Of a stretch of 64,000 nt of DNA, positions 58,758-64,000 are shown piece after piece. The DNA comes from Pseudomonas aeruginosa PAO1 (GTDB taxonomy: Bacteria > Pseudomonadota > Gammaproteobacteria > Pseudomonadales > Pseudomonadaceae), in NCBI RefSeq assembly GCF_000006765.1, contig NC_002516.2. One strand, given 5' to 3'. Both the position numbers and the translations under genes were made by a program. The stretch's first letter is position 1. Each line of letters begins with the position of its first letter. The notes under the pieces were generated by a model. It was not told where the DNA came from, did not search any database, and worked only from the letters and a program-made list of their open reading frames with translations.

Positions 58758-59687
58758 TCAGCCCTGGCTGCTCGGCGTCGCCGGAGCGTTCGCTGCCGGA
58801 GCGCTGGCAGCCGGTGTGGCGGCGGGGGCAGCGGGCGCGCTCGAAGACGCGGCGGGAGCGGCCGGTTTCGCCGCGGCGGGCTTGGCTGCCGGCTTCTTCG
58901 CCGCAGGCTTTTTCGCAGCCGGCTTGGCGGCAGGTTTCGCCGCGGGCTTGGCGGCGGTCGCAGCGGCCGGCTTGGCTGCCGGCTTCGCGGCAGGCTTGGC
59001 TGCGGCAGGTTTCGCAGCAGGCTTCGCCGCGGCCTTGGCTGCCGGCTTGGTCGCCGGTTTCGCTGCGGCCTTCGCAGTCGGTTTGGCGGCGGGCTTGGCT
59101 GCCGGCTTGGCGGCCGCGGTTTTCGCCGCGGTTTTTTTCGCCGCGGGTTTCGCCGCAGGCTTGGCGGCGGCCTTGGCTGCCGGTTTAGCTGCCGGCTTGG
59201 CCGCTGCGGTTTTCGCCGCGGGCTTGGCAGCCGGTTTCGCCGCAGGCTTGGCCGCTGCCTTCGCCGCCGGCTTGACGCTGACGCCGGTGAGTTTCTCGAT
59301 CTGCTTGGTCAGCGTATCGACCTTGCTGTGCAGCTCCTTCACCTCGTTGCGGCTCGGCACGCCGAGACGCGAGATGGCGCTGTTCAGGCGCTTGTCGAAA
59401 GCTTCCTCGAGCTCGCTCCACTTGCCGAGCGCACGGTCCCGAACCTCGTCGACCTTGCTCTTCGCAGAGCGGGCGGAAGCCTTCGCCGCACCGACCTGCG
59501 CGTCCACATCGGACTTCGCTTCTTTTTCAGCCTTCTCGCCGTCTTTCACCAAGGTCTCGAACAGCTTGCTGCCGTCCTTGCTGACCTTCGAGTAGGCCCC
59601 CAGACCAGCCAGCCAGATCTGCCGCGAGTATTTCTCGATCTCGCCGATCCAACTGGACTCTTTTTCGCTCTTCTTCTTGCCAGCCAT
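58758..59687 (-). CDS. phaF: Phasin PhaF with histone H1-like C-terminal domain
   Basis: QIWLAGLGAY phasin domain followed by a long AAKP repeat tail; 309 aa. Confidence 0.96.
   Translation of the reverse strand: MAGKKKSEKESSWIGEIEKYSRQIWLAGLGAYSKVSKDGSKLFETLVKDGEKAEKEAKSDVDAQVGAAKASARSAKSKVDEVRDRALGKWSELEEAFDKRLNSAISRLGVPSRNEVKELHSKVDTLTKQIEKLTGVSVKPAAKAAAKPAAKPAAKPAAKTAAAKPAAKPAAKAAAKPAAKPAAKKTAAKTAAAKPAAKPAAKPTAKAAAKPATKPAAKAAAKPAAKPAAAKPAAKPAAKPAAATAAKPAAKPAAKPAAKKPAAKKPAAKPAAAKPAAPAASSSAPAAPAATPAASAPAANAPATPSSQG
58861..59273 (-). repeat. Imperfect 12-bp tandem repeats encoding (A)AKP
   Basis: Tandem gc(c/a/g)gc(c/g)aa(g/a)cc(g/t/c)-type units throughout the phaF tail. Confidence 0.9.
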
Positions 59688-59697
59688 CCTGCTCTCC

Positions 59698-60114
59698 TTA
59701 TTGGGTTCTCGCGACACGCTCGAGCACTGCGCTCAGCTCATCCAGCTTAGCAGAGAGTGCTTCGACATCGTTCCGGGAAGGTATGCCTATCCGGTTCAAC
59801 GTGCTAGCGACACGGCTGTCGAATGCCTGCTCGATCCTGTCGAGCTGGTCTTCGACTTTTCCCTTCACCGAAGAGAGGCCGGTCTTGACACTGTCATTGG
59901 CCGAATCGACCTGACTTGTGACCAGCGATTTGCCTTTTTTCTCCAGGGCTTCGCCAGCTTTCACCAATTCCTTGAAGTAGTCGCTGCCTTCGGTGCCCAG
60001 GCGGGAATACGCACCCAGGCCGGCAAGCCAGATCTGGCGGGCATAGTGGCGGATCTCGGAGACCAGGGAAGTGGATTCGGAAACGGTCTTTTTCTTCAGG
60101 GCAATCTTGGCCAT
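59698..60114 (-). CDS. phaI: Phasin PhaI
   Basis: RQIWLAGLGAY and RIGIPSRNDVEAL; paralog of the PhaF N-domain; start at ATG 60114 (GAGG SD); 138 aa. Confidence 0.94.
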   Translation of the reverse strand: MAKIALKKKTVSESTSLVSEIRHYARQIWLAGLGAYSRLGTEGSDYFKELVKAGEALEKKGKSLVTSQVDSANDSVKTGLSSVKGKVEDQLDRIEQAFDSRVASTLNRIGIPSRNDVEALSAKLDELSAVLERVARTQ

Positions 60115-60257
60115 GGGGCACCTCACGCTCGTTGGGTTGAAGAAACCGCAGGCGCCGCCGGAACGCTGGCAGCGTGAGAGCAAGGTATCGGGGAAAATTA
60201 GAAACCGCATACTAAGCGGAAGATGGGCGCCGCCAGGACGGCGAACGCCCGGCGGGA

Positions 60258-60533
60258 TCAGGCCAGCGCCTTGTCCAGCGCCTTCTCGATCTCGCCCTTG
60301 AGCAGGCCGCTCATGGCCGACAGCATCAGGCCGAGCTTGACGTCCACCGCGACCTTGTCCGCCCCCACCGCGATCCTGCCGTCGACGCCACTGCGTTTGA
60401 AGGTCAGCTCGTCGCCCTGCCATTCGCACTGCACGCCGTGCTCCTTCGCCAGACGTTCGGCCAGTTTCTCCGCCTTGGCCCGTGCGGCGTCCAGCCCCAG
60501 GCTGTGCGGACGTTCGATGTGGATACGCGACAT
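60258..60533 (-). CDS. Small 'polyhydroxyalkanoic acid system' family protein
   Basis: [31 protein letters not shown] motifs; 91 aa; GGAG SD upstream. Confidence 0.82.
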   Translation of the reverse strand: MSRIHIERPHSLGLDAARAKAEKLAERLAKEHGVQCEWQGDELTFKRSGVDGRIAVGADKVAVDVKLGLMLSAMSGLLKGEIEKALDKALA

Positions 60534-60630
60534 GGATCGACTCCTGATTGCAGATCGGAAAACTATACGCGGCCAGACAAAACACCGCACCCGCGCCGTC
60601 GGACGGCGGCACAGCACTTTCCCCACATCC

Positions 60631-60639
60631 TGTTAGAAT
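60631..60639 (+). promoter_or_regulatory. Extended -10 promoter for ubiE operon
   Basis: TG-T-TAGAAT, 29 bp before the ubiE ATG. Confidence 0.5.
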
Positions 60640-60668
60640 GCCCGGCATTCTTTCCAGGTGAGAACGTC

Positions 60669-61439
60669 ATGAACGATCCCCGCAAAGGCGCCGACGCCGA
60701 ACCCACCACCCACTTCGGCTACCAGAACGTTCCGGAAAGCCAGAAGGCGAAGAAGGTCGCCGAGGTATTTCACTCGGTGGCAGCCAAGTACGACCTGATG
60801 AACGACCTGATGTCCGGTGGCATCCATCGCCTGTGGAAGCGCTTCACCATCGAGCTGTCCGGCGTGCGCAGCGGGAACCGCGTGCTCGACATCGCCGGCG
60901 GCACCGGCGACCTGACCCGGCAGTTCTCGCGCCTGGTCGGCCCGACCGGCGAGGTGGTGCTGGCCGACATCAACGCCTCGATGCTCAAGGTCGGCCGCGA
61001 CAAGCTGCTCGACAAGGGCGTCTCCGGCAACGTCAGCTTCGTCCAGGCGGACGCCGAGAAGCTGCCCTTCCCGGACAACCACTTCGACTGCGTGACCATC
61101 GCCTTCGGCCTGCGCAACGTCACCCACAAGGACGAAGCGATCCGCTCCATGCTGCGCGTGCTCAAGCCCGGTGGCCGCCTGCTGGTGCTGGAGTTCTCCA
61201 AGCCGAGCAGCAACCTGCTGTCCAAGGCCTACGACGCCTATTCGTTCAGCCTGCTGCCGCTGATGGGCAAGCTGGTCACCAACGACTCCGAGAGCTATCG
61301 CTACCTGGCCGAGTCGATCCGCATGCACCCCGACCAGGAAACCCTGAAGGCGATGATGGTGGAAGCCGGCTTCGACCGCGTGACCTACCACAACATGACC
61401 GGCGGCATCGTCGCCCTGCACCGCGGTATCAAGCCTTAA
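60669..61439 (+). CDS. ubiE: Ubiquinone/menaquinone C-methyltransferase
   Basis: [40 protein letters not shown] motifs; 256 aa. Confidence 0.97.
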   Translation: MNDPRKGADAEPTTHFGYQNVPESQKAKKVAEVFHSVAAKYDLMNDLMSGGIHRLWKRFTIELSGVRSGNRVLDIAGGTGDLTRQFSRLVGPTGEVVLADINASMLKVGRDKLLDKGVSGNVSFVQADAEKLPFPDNHFDCVTIAFGLRNVTHKDEAIRSMLRVLKPGGRLLVLEFSKPSSNLLSKAYDAYSFSLLPLMGKLVTNDSESYRYLAESIRMHPDQETLKAMMVEAGFDRVTYHNMTGGIVALHRGIKP

Positions 61440-61453
61440 CCGAGGGCGCGCCG

Positions 61454-62080
61454 ATGAGCTCGCTGCTGATCCAGGCCGTGCTGGCCGCCGCCGAAACCGG
61501 CATCAATCGCGTCCTGCGCCTCGACGGGACAGCGCTGCCGCGCCTGCGCAGGCTTTCCGCCAAGGTCATCGAGGTCGACTGCCTGAGCCCGCCGCTGCGG
61601 GTCTTCATCCTGCCCGCCGGCGACGGCCTGCACTTCGCCGCGCAGCATGAGGCGGAGGTCGACTGCACCCTGCGTGCGCCGGCCGGCAACCTCCTGCACC
61701 TGGCCCTGGCGCGCGACAAGACCCGCATCCTGCACAGCCCGGAAGTCAGCATGGACGGCGACAGCGCGGCCCTGCTGGAACTGGCCGGCATCCTGCAGAG
61801 CCTGGAGCTGGACTGGGAGTACGAACTGTCGCGCTGGCTCGGCCCGCTCGCCACCCAGGTGCTCGGCAGCAGCCTGCGCGACGCTTCGCGCTGGAGCGCG
61901 CAGAGCCTGCACAGCCTGCGCCTGAACCTGGCCGACTACCTTGCCGAGGAAAGCCGTACGCTGGTCGGCCAGCACGAAGCCGAAGCCCGCTTCGCCGAAC
62001 TGGACCAGCTGAAGCTGGCCCTCGATCGTCTCGACGCGCGCGTCGGACGCCTCAGCCAAAAGACCAAGCCCGACGCATGA
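61454..62080 (+). CDS. ubiJ: Ubiquinone biosynthesis accessory factor (SCP2 domain)
   Basis: Lies between ubiE and ubiB; SCP2-like N-terminus, [15 protein letters not shown]-terminal coiled coil; 208 aa. Confidence 0.88.
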   Translation: MSSLLIQAVLAAAETGINRVLRLDGTALPRLRRLSAKVIEVDCLSPPLRVFILPAGDGLHFAAQHEAEVDCTLRAPAGNLLHLALARDKTRILHSPEVSMDGDSAALLELAGILQSLELDWEYELSRWLGPLATQVLGSSLRDASRWSAQSLHSLRLNLADYLAEESRTLVGQHEAEARFAELDQLKLALDRLDARVGRLSQKTKPDA

Positions 62081-63678
62081 AGCTCCTCGCTGTCCGCCGC
62101 CTCCTGCGCATCCAGCGCGTCGTCATCCGCTACCGCCTGGACGACCTGATCCTCGAACTGCCGATGCTGCCCTGGTGGCTGCGCCTGCTCGGTGCCACCC
62201 TGCCCTGGCGCTGGCTGCCGCGGCGCAAGCTGGAACTGACCCGCGGCGCGCGCCTGCGCCTGGCACTGCAGGACCTCGGACCGATCTTCATCAAGTTCGG
62301 CCAGATTCTCTCCACCCGCCGCGACCTGCTGCCCGACGACATCGCCAACGAACTGGCCTGGCTGCAGGACAAGGTGCCGCCCTTCCCGCCGGAGCTGGCG
62401 GTCAAGCGCATCGAGGAACAGCTGGGCGCGAAGATCGAACAGGTCTTCGCCCGCTTCGAACGCGAACCGCTGGCCTCCGCCTCGGTGGCCCAGGTCCACG
62501 CCGCGCGCCTGAAGAGCGGCGAGGAAGTGGTGGTGAAGGTGATCCGGCCGAACCTGGAACCGGTGATCCGCTCCGACATCGCCTGGCTGTTCATCCTCGC
62601 CCGCCTCGCCGAGCGGGTCTCCAGCGAGGCGCGGCGCCTGCACCCGGTGGAAGTGGTCAGCGACTACGAGAAGACCATCGTCGACGAACTCGACCTGCTC
62701 CGCGAGGCGGCCAACGCCTCGCAGCTGCGACGCAACTTCGAAGGCTCGCCGCTGCTCTACGTGCCACAGGTCTACTGGGACTGGTGCCGGCCCAAGGTGC
62801 TGGTGATGGAGCGCATCTACGGCATCCCGGTGACCGACCTGGAAACCCTGCGCGACCAGCGCACCGACTTCAAGGCACTGGCCGAGCGCGGCGTGGAGAT
62901 CTTCTTCACCCAGGTGTTCCGCGACAGCTTTTTCCATGCCGACATGCACCCCGGCAACATCTTCGTCAGCACCCGCGCGCCCTGGAGCCCGCAATACATC
63001 GCGGTGGACTGCGGCATCGTCGGCAGCCTGACCGACGAGGACCAGGACTACCTGGCGCGCAACCTGATCGCCTTCTTCAAGCGCGACTACCGCAAGGTCG
63101 CCCAACTGCATATCGACTCCGGCTGGGTACCGGCGGAAACCAAGGTCAACGACTTCGAGGCGGCGATCCGCACCGTCTGCGAACCGATCTTCGAGAAGCC
63201 GCTGAAGGACATCTCCTTCGGCCAGGTCCTGCTGCGCCTGTTCCAGACCGCGCGCCGTTTCAACATGGAGATCCAGCCGCAACTGGTGTTGCTGCAGAAG
63301 ACCCTGCTGAACATCGAAGGCCTCGGCCGCCAGCTCTACCCGGAACTCGACCTGTGGGCCACCGCCCAGCCGTTCCTGGAGCGCTGGATGCGCGAACGGG
63401 TCAGCCCGAAGCAGTTGCTGCGCAATTTCCAGCAACAGGTCGAGCAGGTGCCGCACCTGTCGCAAATGGCCCGCGACACCCTCGAACGCCTGTCACAACC
63501 GCACGCCCACAATGCGCCGCCGCCGGAGTGGAAAGGTTCCCGCCACGACTGGCTCGGGCGCCTGGTGGGCGCGGTGCTGCTGGTCGGCGCCGCCGAGGTC
63601 GGCCTGGGCCAGCAGCTGGAAGCCTGGCCGGCGTGGGTGATGCTGGCCGGCGGGGTATTCCTGATCCTGCGCCGCTAG
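62077..63678 (+). CDS. ubiB: Ubiquinone biosynthesis kinase-like protein
   Basis: [43 protein letters not shown]; 533 aa. Confidence 0.96.
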   Translation: MKLLAVRRLLRIQRVVIRYRLDDLILELPMLPWWLRLLGATLPWRWLPRRKLELTRGARLRLALQDLGPIFIKFGQILSTRRDLLPDDIANELAWLQDKVPPFPPELAVKRIEEQLGAKIEQVFARFEREPLASASVAQVHAARLKSGEEVVVKVIRPNLEPVIRSDIAWLFILARLAERVSSEARRLHPVEVVSDYEKTIVDELDLLREAANASQLRRNFEGSPLLYVPQVYWDWCRPKVLVMERIYGIPVTDLETLRDQRTDFKALAERGVEIFFTQVFRDSFFHADMHPGNIFVSTRAPWSPQYIAVDCGIVGSLTDEDQDYLARNLIAFFKRDYRKVAQLHIDSGWVPAETKVNDFEAAIRTVCEPIFEKPLKDISFGQVLLRLFQTARRFNMEIQPQLVLLQKTLLNIEGLGRQLYPELDLWATAQPFLERWMRERVSPKQLLRNFQQQVEQVPHLSQMARDTLERLSQPHAHNAPPPEWKGSRHDWLGRLVGAVLLVGAAEVGLGQQLEAWPAWVMLAGGVFLILRR

Positions 63679-63793
63679 CGCCGCGCACGGCCACTAGGCC
63701 CGCGCCGATAGCCAGTCGCGCTCCCGGCTGGCACACTACTCCCATTTCCGCCGGAAACGCGCGCAACGTACCGGCAACGAACGTGGAAAGACC

Positions 63794-64000
63794 ATGAAAG
63801 ACTGGCTGGATGAGATTCACTGGAACGCCGACGGCCTGGTCCCGGCGATCGCCCAGGATCACGAGACCGGGCGCGTGCTGATGATGGCCTGGATGAACCG
63901 CGAGGCGCTGGCCCTGACCGCCAGCGAGAACCGTGCAATCTATTGGTCGCGTTCGCGTGGCAAGCTGTGGCGCAAGGGCGAGGAGTCCGGGCACGTGCAG
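63794..64000 (+). CDS. hisI: Phosphoribosyl-AMP cyclohydrolase, 3' truncated by window edge
   Basis: Read by hand (absent from ORF track): [35 protein letters not shown]...[20 protein letters not shown]. Confidence 0.95.
   Translation, partial: MKDWLDEIHWNADGLVPAIAQDHETGRVLMMAWMNREALALTASENRAIYWSRSRGKLWRKGEESGHVQ

Noticed and set aside
58861-59273. Tandem repeats as a possible CRISPR array
   Set aside because: No unique spacers; repeats are in-frame codons of phaF; no cas genes. No CRISPR seen elsewhere in the window.
63776-63790. parS-like fragments (CGTGGAA before hisI; GTTTCAC near 21765)
   Set aside because: Half-sites only; no TGTTCCACGTGGAACA-like palindrome.

Overview
High-GC core-genome window. 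Gene content and order match the Pseudomonas aeruginosa dipA-to-hisI region (PAO1 PA5017-PA5066; locus tags recalled from gene order, not looked up). In order: 3' end of the c-di-GMP phosphodiesterase dipA, msrA, rlmJ, an acyl-CoA dehydrogenase, a cvrA-mscK-selO run, a TauE-type transporter plus metY, a hot-dog fold protein, a universal stress protein, an orphan ParA ATPase, a LysR/MFS pair, an SDR/AraC pair with a secreted repeat beta-propeller, hemE, gltBD, pilMNOPQ-aroK-aroB-damX divergent from ponA, malic enzyme, a nuclease/M48 protease pair behind rpmE, priA-argS-ftsN, hslVU-DUF971, the phaC1ZC2D/phaIF cluster, ubiE-ubiJ-ubiB and the start of hisI. I found no tRNA, rRNA, CRISPR array, IS, integrase or prophage, and no evident frameshifted gene, so I cannot support a large accessory system here. 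The best leads are small. They are: an enzyme-less secreted protein with Ca-loop repeats; a 119/121-nt identical tract shared by phaC1 and phaC2; a possible 52-aa longer PhaZ isoform coupled to the phaC1 stop; a perfect 15-bp hairpin burying the selO Shine-Dalgarno; a terminator inside the nuclease 5' end; an ExeA-like ATPase-SPOR fusion ending the pilus operon; and a consensus DnaA box upstream of hemE. Start codons were corrected by hand where the ORF track over-extends. All motif calls were made by eye.
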